The position numbers were made by a program, and so were the translations under genes. Below are positions 52,469 through 61,481 of a DNA stretch of 64,000 nucleotides, in pieces. The DNA lies in contig JBNKOC010000016.1 in assembly GCA_050294405.1 (NCBI GenBank), forward strand, positions 96,001-160,000. Reading direction: 5' to 3'. The stretch is from Fibrobacteria bacterium. Lineage in GTDB: Bacteria > Fibrobacterota > Fibrobacteria > UBA11236 > JADFYW01. Below the pieces are notes generated by a model. That model was not told where the DNA came from. It searched no databases and was given only the letters and a program-made list of their open reading frames with translations. Position 1 is the stretch's first letter. The number at the start of each line of letters is the position of its first letter.

Positions 52469-54163
52469 ATGAAACGTCTCAAAGAAAAACTGGAATCTAT
52501 CCACAAAAAGCCCTATGGCTTTTACAAAGGTCTCAAGGGCACTTATAATTATGTGGATTTCTCCATTGTGTTTGAACATATACAGGGTGACCCCTACGCC
52601 AATCCGAGCAATGTATGTATTAGTATTCCCTTTGAAAAATCGGGCTTTCCGGAGGAGTGGCTGGAAGATAAAGAGTGCCAGATAGCGCTTGGGGATTTTT
52701 TGTGTCGAATTTTATCCAAAGCTTTTTCCAATGGCCCTCAATTTGATTGTACCGGTAATGGGGGCAAGTTTTTTGTATCTGAGCCCGGGCAACAAATATT
52801 GTCCAGATCTGCGGTTCGTTTTTATAAGAAAAAGATATATGTTCGCATCCGCTTAGGTTTACCGGCCCATTTTCGCAAGATAGATGGCGAGTCTGCTTTG
52901 GAGATGTTATGTGTTATACTTCCGGATATCCTGCAAAATAATTTGTACTACCAACCCTGGTTTGCGGAAGATTTAAAAAAGCACATAGCCGTTTTTAAAA
53001 AACAAAGAGAGCTGCGCAAGTGGGTTGAAGAGTCTCAATACATAGCCTTTGTTCCCAATGGCGCTGTTTTGCCAAGGGAGTCGGGCTTGTCCGATTTACC
53101 AATGAATTCCAACCAGGCGCAACCCTTTAAATCTCCTACAAACATGGAGGTCGAGTATACATTTTCCGATGGTGGTAAGATTTCGGGAATGGCCATTAAA
53201 AAGGGAATAAGCCTTATAGTTGGCGGAGGGTTCCATGGCAAATCAACCCTGTTGGAAGCCCTTAAGTATGGCATATATAGCCATATAGAAGGCGATGGAC
53301 GGGAGTTTGTGATATCTGACAGAAGTTCTGTTAGCATTCGGGCAGAAAACGGGCGAGTGGTAAACAATGTGAATATATCTCCTTTTATTCATAACCTTCC
53401 TTCCGGGCAGCAAACAGAAAATTTTTCCACCGAAAATGCCTCGGGAAGTACCAGCCAGGCCGCAAGTATTGTGGAGGCCATATCCGCAGGTGCAAAAGTG
53501 CTGATGATGGATGAAGATACTTGTGCCACAAATTTTATGTTTCGGGATAGCGTTATGCGGGCGCTTATTGCGGATGAAAATGAACCCATATCTCCTTTTA
53601 TAGATTCCATTAATAACCTTTACCAGGATTTGGGAGTTAGTGTGATTTTGGTAATGGGGGGGGTAGGGGCTTATTTTAATAAGGCCCATTTGGTATTGGG
53701 TATGAATGAATTTCAACCGGAAGACCTAACGCAAAAAGCCAGAAACATTGTAAAGCAGTATGACGACTCTGAAATTGAGAATGTAAAAAATTGGTCCAAT
53801 GCACCCTTTGAAGAAAACAGGTTAGTGGAGCCTCAGGCAAAATTATTTGGCAATGATAAAGTAAAAGTAAAGGTCCGTAGCGATAAAATTGAAGTGGGAA
53901 AATTATCCATTCCCATTTGGGCGCTGGATCAATTGGTTCATGAGGACCAGTTGCGCTGTCTGGGATATAGCATTATGGAAAGTTTCCATCATGAAAAAAT
54001 GATTTTAGAAAAGAGCTTGCACCGCCCAATGCCAGAACCGGAAAACCATGATTTTGGAATGATCAATCCTTATAGGGGAGACTTGGCTGAAGTAAGGGGG
54101 CTTGACTTGTGGTGTGTTCTAAATCGGGCTCCAAAAATAATTTTTAAAAAGGGGCGAACATGA
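52469..54163 (+). CDS. ABC-class ATPase (ABC_ATPase/PF09818-like, soluble)
   Basis: HIQGDPYA.PS, LPR.SG, GGGFHGKSTLL, GDGRE, ASGSTSQA, MDEDTCATNFM. Confidence 0.88.
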   Translation: MKRLKEKLESIHKKPYGFYKGLKGTYNYVDFSIVFEHIQGDPYANPSNVCISIPFEKSGFPEEWLEDKECQIALGDFLCRILSKAFSNGPQFDCTGNGGKFFVSEPGQQILSRSAVRFYKKKIYVRIRLGLPAHFRKIDGESALEMLCVILPDILQNNLYYQPWFAEDLKKHIAVFKKQRELRKWVEESQYIAFVPNGAVLPRESGLSDLPMNSNQAQPFKSPTNMEVEYTFSDGGKISGMAIKKGISLIVGGGFHGKSTLLEALKYGIYSHIEGDGREFVISDRSSVSIRAENGRVVNNVNISPFIHNLPSGQQTENFSTENASGSTSQAASIVEAISAGAKVLMMDEDTCATNFMFRDSVMRALIADENEPISPFIDSINNLYQDLGVSVILVMGGVGAYFNKAHLVLGMNEFQPEDLTQKARNIVKQYDDSEIENVKNWSNAPFEENRLVEPQAKLFGNDKVKVKVRSDKIEVGKLSIPIWALDQLVHEDQLRCLGYSIMESFHHEKMILEKSLHRPMPEPENHDFGMINPYRGDLAEVRGLDLWCVLNRAPKIIFKKGRT

Positions 54164-54624
54164 ACCGGCTTTATCCTGTTTTATTTTTTCTTATGGTTTA
54201 TGTTTGTTATGGTGAAAAACCTCCAAAAGAAGTATCTGTAAGTCTTCGGGTTAAAATGTCCGATTCTATTGTTGTGGACTCCTTGGATGCTTTCAAAACC
54301 CTGCAAAAGAACTTCCAAATGAGCCATATACCCCTTCACGAAAACTCTCCTCTGATACTGGAAGTGGATTTGTATGAAGCCAACCAGATGTATGTTTCCA
54401 AATTGGCCAGTGAACTGCGGCGTATGGAAATTAAAGCTCATATTCGCCTTTTTGATAGAAACAAAAAAGAACCTTATTACTCCTTTGATGCAATTTGTAA
54501 ATCTGTAGAAGAGGGATTGCAAAAAGCCCAAATGGAAGCTATTAAATCTTTGTTAATGGACGAGCGGGAACTTGATTTGCTCAGTAAAAAAATAAAAGAA
54601 ATTTGGGGAAAAGAGTTTTATTAG
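54160..54624 (+). CDS. Hypothetical exported protein
   Basis: ATGA overlap with the upstream ATPase and an N-terminal hydrophobic signal. Confidence 0.55.
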   Translation: MNRLYPVLFFLMVYVCYGEKPPKEVSVSLRVKMSDSIVVDSLDAFKTLQKNFQMSHIPLHENSPLILEVDLYEANQMYVSKLASELRRMEIKAHIRLFDRNKKEPYYSFDAICKSVEEGLQKAQMEAIKSLLMDERELDLLSKKIKEIWGKEFY

Positions 54625-54658
54625 AACTTATTTCAAAATTGATTTTTAGCGGGTTCTA

Positions 54659-54682
54659 GTTAGCGCTGGTTACTGCGCTAAC
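54659..54682. terminator. Hairpin after the ATPase operon
   Basis: GTTAGCGC-N8-GCGCTAAC perfect inverted repeat. The U-tract is weak. Confidence 0.4.
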
Positions 54683-55023
54683 CTCTTCATTCACATTCAC
54701 TTTGGATCGCAAACTTTTATAGTCGCTGTGTTTTACCTTTTTCCAGTTCATAATGGGCCCTAACATAAGGGGAACCCTGGCGTTTAACTCAGAAGTCTGC
54801 TCGGAATGTTTATTTGATTTTAATAAATCCAGCAATGGTAAGTCTCCCTCAAACATTTGTGTAATGACTTTAGTATCATTAACTCCTGGAATAGTTTACA
54901 AATAAATTTTGTACGAGACTAAGATATATCTAAAAAGCTTAGGGTGGGTAACAATTTATTTGGGTCTAATTGGAATACATTCATCTGCTTTTAGGATTAA
55001 TTCGTCACGGCCTTCCAAAAATG

Positions 55024-55069
55024 TGTGCAAATTGTGCAAATTGCACAAAAATCTGGGGAAATTTTGCAC
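55024..55069. promoter_or_regulatory. Candidate enhancer (bEBP upstream activating sequence)
   Basis: TGTGCAAAT direct repeat merging into palindrome TTGTGCAA-A-TTGCACAA (55032-55048), plus another TTGCAC half-site, about 85-130 bp upstream of a sigma54 motif. Confidence 0.55.
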
Positions 55070-55152
55070 TTCGCAAAACTTTTTTTTTCTTGAAATCTCA
55101 GCTAAAGTACCCAAATAACGCTAAATAGCGTTAAATAAGGCCTCTTAAAAAC

Positions 55153-55168
55153 TGGCATCGCCTTTGCA
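55153..55168 (+). promoter_or_regulatory. Sigma54 (-24/-12) promoter upstream of spoVG
   Basis: TGGCAT-CGCCT-TTGCA, with GG-N10-GC spacing exact. Confidence 0.75.
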
Positions 55169-55246
55169 TTTTAGTGGAGTATTGCTGATTTCGGCAATGG
55201 ATTCGTGCAACCACAAGTCCCTTAACTCAAAACCAAGGAGAAACAA

Positions 55247-55543
55247 ATGTCCGTAAACGGTATGCAAATAACAGAAGTAATGGTTTATCCCGTTAAAAAA
55301 AATGGGAATAGCAAGCTTAGCGCCTTCGCAAAAGTTGTGATTAATGACCAGTTTATCATTCAGGGAATACGCATATTCGATGGCATACATGGCCCTTTTA
55401 TATCCTTTCCGCAGGATTATAAAAAAGAAGATGGAAAATATTACGATGTATGCCACCCAACTACATCTGAATTGAGAAAATACATCAACGATGAAGTTGT
55501 GTCTGAGTTCGCATTAAAAACAGCGCAGCAAAAAGTAGCTTAA
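55247..55543 (+). CDS. spoVG: SpoVG family nucleic-acid-binding protein
   Basis: MQITEV.VY, LSAFAKV, GIRI..G..G.FISFP, Y.DVCHP....LR. AGGAG SD. Confidence 0.93.
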   Translation: MSVNGMQITEVMVYPVKKNGNSKLSAFAKVVINDQFIIQGIRIFDGIHGPFISFPQDYKKEDGKYYDVCHPTTSELRKYINDEVVSEFALKTAQQKVA

Positions 55544-55550
55544 AAACCAT

Positions 55551-55576
55551 GCCCGGATTTATCCGGGCGCTTATTT
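55551..55576 (+). terminator. Hairpin between the two spoVG genes
   Basis: GCCCGGAT-TT-ATCCGGGC followed by GCTTATTT. Confidence 0.55.
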
Positions 55577-55592
55577 AAAAAACGGAGAAATT

Positions 55593-55883
55593 ATGAACAA
55601 TACAGAACTCGTACCCACCAGTATAAAAATTTACCCCGATTTGGACTTAACTTCCCATATACGGGCCAGAGTCAAGGTTATTTTAAATGACTCATTGGTT
55701 TTAAATGGCATGAAAATAATAAAGGGGCAATTTGGCCACTTTCTTTCTTTTCCTAATCAAGAGCCGGGATCTCCCTTTAAAATCTATGATGTATTCTCTT
55801 TTCGCTTGAGAAAGTCTCTTCAAAACAGGGTGTTGGAAGAGTACATCAAAGTTTTATCTTCAACAGTTCCCTATTCCGGCTAG
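55593..55883 (+). CDS. Divergent SpoVG paralogue
   Basis: ARVKVILND.LVL.GMKII.G..G.FLSFP....LR..LQ..VLEEY. GGAG SD. Confidence 0.8.
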   Translation: MNNTELVPTSIKIYPDLDLTSHIRARVKVILNDSLVLNGMKIIKGQFGHFLSFPNQEPGSPFKIYDVFSFRLRKSLQNRVLEEYIKVLSSTVPYSG

Positions 55884-55886
55884 TCT

Positions 55887-57422
55887 ATGTTAGCGGTTAT
55901 CCATTCGGCGGCTCTTATTGGTATCGATTCCCAATTAGTGAGAATTGAAGTGGATATTAGCGGAGGTCTACCTTCTTTTTGCATGGTAGGCCTTCCCGAT
56001 GGGGCTGTTAAAGAATCTCGTGAGCGCGTCTTTTCGGCCTTAAAAAATTCAGGCTATGAGATTCCCAGCCAGAAAACCACTATTAATTTAGCCCCGGCGG
56101 ATCTTAGAAAAGTGGGGACTTCTTTTGATCTTCCTATTGCAGTTGGAATGTTATTGGCCAGCAAACAATTGGATTTAGGGAATATACATCCTTTTTTGTT
56201 TGCCGGAGAACTGTCCTTAGACGGTGGGGTATACGGTATTAAAGGTGCCTTGGCCAGTGCCATGTTCGCAAAATCCAATGGGTACAGTGGTTTTGTCTTT
56301 CCCCGGGAAAATTGGGCCGAAGCTAGCGCGGTGGAAAATCTTCCTCTATATCCAATCAAACATTTAAAAGAATTACCCAATTTGTTTTTAGACAAGCCCA
56401 GCATTGCACCCATTAAATCCCGGCTCCCAAATTCCATTGCCAGTGGGGCATCTTTTGATTTTTCCCAAATCAAGGGTCAAAAAGAAGCCAAGCGAGCCTT
56501 AGAAGTGGCTGCCGCAGGTGGGCATAATATATTATTTATTGGAAGTCCGGGTTGTGGCAAAACTATGTTAGCTAAAAGTTTGCCTGGCATATTGCCAGAT
56601 ATGACAGCAGAGGAACGCCTGGTAACCACTATGGTATATAGTGCAGCGGGTAACTTAACTTCACCTCTAGGTTTAATGACTTTCCGACCTTTTCGTTCTC
56701 CGCACCATACAATAAGTAATGTGGCTTTAGTGGGGGGAGGCAATATTCCAAAACCCGGAGAGGTAAGCCTTTCCCATAATGGTGTGTTGTTTTTGGATGA
56801 ATTGGCCGAGTTTAAAAAATCTGTTTTAGAGGGACTTAGGCAGCCTTTGGAAGAGGGACGGGTAACCCTTAATCGGAATTTCCAAACCATAACTTTCCCC
56901 AGCCAGTCTATATTAGTGGGAGCCATGAATCCATGTCCCTGCGGAAATTTATTAGACCCTAAAAAAAATTGTGTATGCCGCACCAATGATATTAAAAAGT
57001 ATTTGGCTAAAGTTTCGGGCCCTCTATTAGATAGAATTGATATTCAAATAGAGCTTTCCCCCTTAAATTTTGAAGAACTAACTTCTACACAAATTCCAGA
57101 AAGTTCGGAAAGTATTCGAAAGAGAGTTTCCCATACCAGAAAAATCCAATGGGAACGATTTAGAGAAGAGAAAAGCATTAGCCACAATGGGCAAATGAAT
57201 TTAGACCATTTAAAAAAATATTGTGCTTTAAATATCCAAGCCCGGAAAATGCTGGAAGATGTAGTTTGTCATTTTGGTTTATCGGCAAGGGCTTATCACC
57301 GGATTATTAAACTTTCCAGAACTATAGCTGATTTGGAGGGAATGAAAGATATTCAGGATGTTCATGTGGCAGAAGCCATACATTACCGCAGTTTGGATAG
57401 GACTAGGAGGGAGTTTTGTTAA
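55887..57422 (+). CDS. comM: YifB/ComM Mg-chelatase-like AAA+ helicase
   Basis: VGLPD.AVKESRERV, INLAPAD, GSPGCGKT, PFRSPHHT, GVLFLDE, AMNPCPCG, SGPLLDRID, SARAY. Confidence 0.93.
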   Translation: MLAVIHSAALIGIDSQLVRIEVDISGGLPSFCMVGLPDGAVKESRERVFSALKNSGYEIPSQKTTINLAPADLRKVGTSFDLPIAVGMLLASKQLDLGNIHPFLFAGELSLDGGVYGIKGALASAMFAKSNGYSGFVFPRENWAEASAVENLPLYPIKHLKELPNLFLDKPSIAPIKSRLPNSIASGASFDFSQIKGQKEAKRALEVAAAGGHNILFIGSPGCGKTMLAKSLPGILPDMTAEERLVTTMVYSAAGNLTSPLGLMTFRPFRSPHHTISNVALVGGGNIPKPGEVSLSHNGVLFLDELAEFKKSVLEGLRQPLEEGRVTLNRNFQTITFPSQSILVGAMNPCPCGNLLDPKKNCVCRTNDIKKYLAKVSGPLLDRIDIQIELSPLNFEELTSTQIPESSESIRKRVSHTRKIQWERFREEKSISHNGQMNLDHLKKYCALNIQARKMLEDVVCHFGLSARAYHRIIKLSRTIADLEGMKDIQDVHVAEAIHYRSLDRTRREFC

Positions 57423-57563
57423 GGGGGCTACACAATAACCGGGCGATGTTTGATATTTAGCATGTGAGTTGTTTATAGGCTTTTTTAGAATTACTCCAGA
57501 CCCTGGCGTAAACATATTCATGTATAAAGTGGGGGTAAGGTTAGGAGCCCTATGAGCTTAAAT

Positions 57564-58067
57564 TCACTTTGATTCTCGAATTTTTTTTAAATATCTCTCG
57601 CTTATGTCAGGGGCCCATGCCTTGAAAGACTCTAAGGCCTGAATGGCAGGTTCTCTGAGAACATCATGCCGGATGCCCAGAGTGGCTATGGAAGCGAATG
57701 CGGCATCTCTTGAAGATAAACCGACAACGGGCTCGACAAATGCCGCGGTGGCAATTTTAGATCTTAAAACATCAAGGTTTTTAAAATCCTCTGCTGTGAT
57801 GGCATTGTTTTCAAATAATTTTTCCACAATTTCTGTCGAAAAGGTAGAGGCGTCCCCTTTTCGTCCAGTGGCAATGTGGGTAATTTCCGTAAAAAGCTTT
57901 AGCAGGCGGATGTCCATTTCCGCCTGAGTACTTTCTGTTAGGCGAATTTCAGATTGGAGTTTTAAGCGGTATTCTTTGAGGGAAATCCAAACTCCAGCTG
58001 AGGTTGATATTAGGGTAATAAAGGTCGACAGAGGGATTAACCATTCTTTCAATTCTTTAAGTTTCAT
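57564..58067 (-). CDS. Hypothetical protein with N-terminal TM helix
   Basis: 167-aa ORF with AGGA SD and one hydrophobic helix near the N-terminus. Confidence 0.6.
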   Translation of the reverse strand: MKLKELKEWLIPLSTFITLISTSAGVWISLKEYRLKLQSEIRLTESTQAEMDIRLLKLFTEITHIATGRKGDASTFSTEIVEKLFENNAITAEDFKNLDVLRSKIATAAFVEPVVGLSSRDAAFASIATLGIRHDVLREPAIQALESFKAWAPDISERYLKKIRESK

Positions 58068-58243
58068 GATTTTCCTATGTGTATAATCAAACTACAACTA
58101 AACAGATTTGAAATAAAATGTAAAATACATTGGGTTAGCTGTCCAAAAAATGCTTAGCAAGGACACCAAATTGCTAGGACCCACTCAGTAGAATGGAATT
58201 TAGTTAAAGGAGGGCACTAACAAAATAGATTGAATTTATTTTA

Positions 58244-58275
58244 AAGGACTAAAATTTTTCAGGAATTTAGTCCTT
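58244..58275. promoter_or_regulatory. Perfect 10-bp inverted repeat, candidate operator
   Basis: AAGGACTAAA-N12-TTTAGTCCTT in the divergent intergenic region. Confidence 0.4.
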
Positions 58276-58515
58276 AGACCAATCCGGTCAATCGGGAAAG
58301 ATTGGTATCTCTGATGTAATCTGTTCTCAAATGAGAACAATAATGTTTTAAAAAGATTACCTATAATAGAAAAATTAACTAAAATAATTCTTAAAGTAGA
58401 AATTGTATTTTGGCGTTCTTGGCTGTGGGAATTATTTGGACAGGGGAAAATCCAGTTAACAAAATCATTGTTTCTCCGCATCACATTGAACCTGCCCGGA
58501 AGGGGGACTTCTGAT

Positions 58516-59415
58516 ATGCAGAGAAGGCTATTCATATGCACCGCAGCTTCGGGAATTACAGCTCTTGCCCTTCCCAAATGGCTAATTGGGCAAACCTGTT
58601 CGCTCACCACACCAGACCGTTACGGCTACGGCCCTTTTTACCTGGAAAATGCTCCCCAACGAGCTAAAATCGCCTCGCCCTCAGAACCGGGACAACCGCT
58701 GTTCATATCGGGAACAGTGAAGGACTGTAACGGTCCAGTTAAGGGGGCAATTCTTGAGGTTTGGCAGGCTACAGATGCAGGCTGTTACATACACCCGTCA
58801 CAACCCTCCTGTTTCGACGGAGGCAATCCTGAAGCCTCGAGGCTCTGGGGGACCCTAATTACTGATGACGAGGGCCGATACAGTTTTGACACTATCCTGC
58901 CGGGAAAATACCTGAACGGCACGAGTTACCGACCGAGGCATATACATTTTCGCATTCGATCGCCTCAAGCTGCCAGCAATCCGGCAGACTTGGTGACCCA
59001 ACTATACTTTGAAGGGGACCCAGATATTCCCGGAGATATAGCGGCTAGCGATCCCGGGGCGGCCGCACGAATCATTCCGCTTGCAGGTGGGGGAACCGAA
59101 AGTCTTTCAGGAATCTTTAACATCACCTTGCCCAATGAAAGTGTTGGCCTGAGAGATTCTAACTTGCCTAATTTTGATGTTTCCATATTCAGAAAAGGAG
59201 ATCACCTTTCTTTGCACTTGCCCCCGCTGCCAGCCGGGGAACCCGTGGAAGTTCAATTACGCGATGTGGCAGGGACTCTACTGGTTCGTTCAAAGCACCA
59301 GACCACGCCAATTGAGCTGAAGACTTACCTCATTCCAAGATTGGGCTGTTTAGCCGAGCTGTCATGGAATGGAAGGATGGGTTTGCGTCGGGAGAGGGTT
59401 TGGCTGCGCCGGTAA
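58516..59415 (+). CDS. Intradiol ring-cleavage dioxygenase family protein with twin-arginine signal and C-terminal sorting-like domain
   Basis: MQRRLF..AASG Tat-like signal. GPFY, EVWQA...GCY, F.TILPGKY, RPRHIH (two Tyr plus HxH iron ligands), LVTQLYF. Confidence 0.88.
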   Translation: MQRRLFICTAASGITALALPKWLIGQTCSLTTPDRYGYGPFYLENAPQRAKIASPSEPGQPLFISGTVKDCNGPVKGAILEVWQATDAGCYIHPSQPSCFDGGNPEASRLWGTLITDDEGRYSFDTILPGKYLNGTSYRPRHIHFRIRSPQAASNPADLVTQLYFEGDPDIPGDIAASDPGAAARIIPLAGGGTESLSGIFNITLPNESVGLRDSNLPNFDVSIFRKGDHLSLHLPPLPAGEPVEVQLRDVAGTLLVRSKHQTTPIELKTYLIPRLGCLAELSWNGRMGLRRERVWLRR

Positions 59416-59463
59416 TGGAAGGTATTCATGTGGCTGAACTATACATTGCCAGAGCTTGGATAC
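59288..59463 (+). repeat. Direct repeat copy 1 (3' end of dioxygenase plus downstream DNA)
   Basis: Shares CACCAGACCACGCC, GAGCTG.CATGGAATGGA and an identical 29-mer GGAGAGGGTTTGGCTGCGCCGGTAATGGA with 61482-61623. Confidence 0.9.
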
Positions 59464-59521
59464 TAAAAAAAATCCAAAGAGATTTCCATTATTGATGGGT
59501 TGTAGCCTAATTTAAAATTGC

Positions 59522-59542
59522 GCAGGCCATTTTACGGCCTGC
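59522..59542. terminator. Probable bidirectional terminator between dioxygenase and CE1 genes
   Basis: GCAGGCC-N7-GGCCTGC with T-rich runs on both strands. Confidence 0.6.
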
Positions 59543-59585
59543 TAATTTTTTAATGCTATGTTTGACCCTAGAAAGGGTCCGCACA

Positions 59586-61073
59586 TTAAAACTGCTTGAA
59601 AAATTCCCAGGTTTCAACTTCTACCCAGTTTACATTTGAACCAGGATCCGATGCCATGGCCTGATGCCCTCCATTAAAAGAGCTGAATTTAACCGGGTAA
59701 CCTTCATTACATCCCTTGAATTCAGTAACCACATGTGTGCTACTGGTTGCAAGTTTGATTTCTTCGCTGGTATCACAGCCATTGTCTTGAGCATGCTGGA
59801 GGAGGCAATATTTGCCGCCTTTTTTCTGACCATCATCAAAAATCCAGTTGCAGGTACGATCACCGGTACCCGTGGTCTGGTAATAGGCAATAGGTATATG
59901 CCTGTTGGTTGGCTGAGGATCGAAATGCCAGTTGGCAGGAGCATAGGTGGCCACTGCCCGTATTCGTTCGGGATATGACAGCGAAAGGTGATACGAGAAC
60001 ATTGCTCCGAAACTGAAACCAGCGACAAAGACCCGCGTTGTATCAACACAGAGATTTTCCTCAACAAAATCCAGTATATCAATAAAGAATTGAGGGTCAG
60101 TTGGGGGGTTCCAGGTACCGTCACCATTTCCCTGTGGGGCAATATAAATAGCCTTGATATTGTCTTTTTCCGCCTGTGTTTTCAGGGAATAATACGCGCT
60201 CAAATCATCTCCATTATCGGGTGCAGCGACTCTTGGAGCGGTACCGCCCATACAATGCATGCCGAAAATTAATCGGTAGGGAGTATCTTTATCGTAACCA
60301 TTCGGGAGATCGACAATGTAATCTCCTCTACCCCCGGCACTGGAAATATGGTAAGTATCCGACTTGTTGATTTTTCCTAATTCTTTCCCGCAACCTGCGC
60401 TTTTAACCGGGGAGTTACCCAGACCGCCCCATCTGTCAGCTGGATTGAGGCTTACATCAACGGTCTCTTCGAAGGAGGATACATCCACAATTTTGGTACC
60501 AAAACCACTGGCCTTGATTTCTAGAGAATCCACTGCCGCGGCGGCTAAAGCCTTTGTCAACCTTTTTCCAGAAGATGAAGCCTCTTCAGATAATAGATGC
60601 GCAGAATATCTGCCGTTGAAAAGAGGAAAGTACCGTATGGTAGACACCACTTCCCCGACAGTTACACGAACAATAAGCAAACTGGCTGTGCCGAAATTAT
60701 CCGCCAAATTCCATTGATGGCTGCCAGTCGGTACCTCCGGCAATACTTCTTCTTTCAGTAAGTTAGAGGCAACATCAAAGATTTCAACTTTCACAGATGA
60801 TGGCTCGTTAATGTTAAGTTCCAATACACCCTTGCTTAGTGAAATATTTCCTTTTGGATTTGACTTTCCCGGTGCTAAAGCAACTGTGGTTTGTTCGATA
60901 ACATAATTTCCATTATTATCCGTGGTATCCTTTAAGTCCTTTCCCAATAATGTGACAACAGCCCCATTTATCCCCTGTCCGCTTCCGTTAGTAATTTTTC
61001 CGCGCAAGTTGATGGTTTGCGCCTGTGCCAACAATACAGACAAAACGATATAACCAATAAATTTATAAGACAA
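59586..61073 (-). CDS. Secreted carbohydrate esterase (CE1/feruloyl esterase-like) with N-terminal carboxypeptidase-regulatory-like and sorting-like domains
   Basis: Signal peptide. SAGCG, Y.LIFGMH, APQG, LCVDT.RVF..GFSFGAM nucleophile motif, GTGD, GGH. GGGAGG SD before TTG. Confidence 0.85.
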   Translation of the reverse strand: MSYKFIGYIVLSVLLAQAQTINLRGKITNGSGQGINGAVVTLLGKDLKDTTDNNGNYVIEQTTVALAPGKSNPKGNISLSKGVLELNINEPSSVKVEIFDVASNLLKEEVLPEVPTGSHQWNLADNFGTASLLIVRVTVGEVVSTIRYFPLFNGRYSAHLLSEEASSSGKRLTKALAAAAVDSLEIKASGFGTKIVDVSSFEETVDVSLNPADRWGGLGNSPVKSAGCGKELGKINKSDTYHISSAGGRGDYIVDLPNGYDKDTPYRLIFGMHCMGGTAPRVAAPDNGDDLSAYYSLKTQAEKDNIKAIYIAPQGNGDGTWNPPTDPQFFIDILDFVEENLCVDTTRVFVAGFSFGAMFSYHLSLSYPERIRAVATYAPANWHFDPQPTNRHIPIAYYQTTGTGDRTCNWIFDDGQKKGGKYCLLQHAQDNGCDTSEEIKLATSSTHVVTEFKGCNEGYPVKFSSFNGGHQAMASDPGSNVNWVEVETWEFFKQF

Positions 61074-61481
61074 AACCCACCTCCCTTAATTGACTGTTAG
61101 AAACTTTGATGCCCCCATCTCAGTACACTTAATCTACCTGCGGCTTTATAAAAAAGCAAGCTGAAGTACGCCTAATATTCCAAAAGTCATATTTATTGAA
61201 CTCAGGAAGAAGGCTGGATCAGGGATACCCAGTGAACAGTTAATTAAAAAATACTTAAAAATGCGCCTTTAATACAACATCAAGTTGGGAACAATTCCAG
61301 GTCTTTCCGGGTCCATATTTCCCTTCACTGATCAGGCTTTAACCATAACCCACATCTTTTAGGAGTGAACCGGGCACATTAACGGGTATTATTCAAATAT
61401 GCGTTACATCAGCATGGCCCAAGCTAGGGTATGTTTAGCTAATATTTTATGTTACTGACATTATTCGCCAAATTCTTGCTT

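Noticed and set aside
54656..55118. Short ORFs 54656-54856 (-) and 54909-55118 (+), and a 19-codon minus-strand ORF after AGGAG
   Set aside because: No recognisable motifs and poor SD spacing. The region is better explained as regulatory DNA, though a decayed gene cannot be excluded.
61074..61480. Possible pseudogene in the gap upstream of the CE1 gene
   Set aside because: Only short interrupted frames with no family recognisable by eye. Would need tBLASTx.
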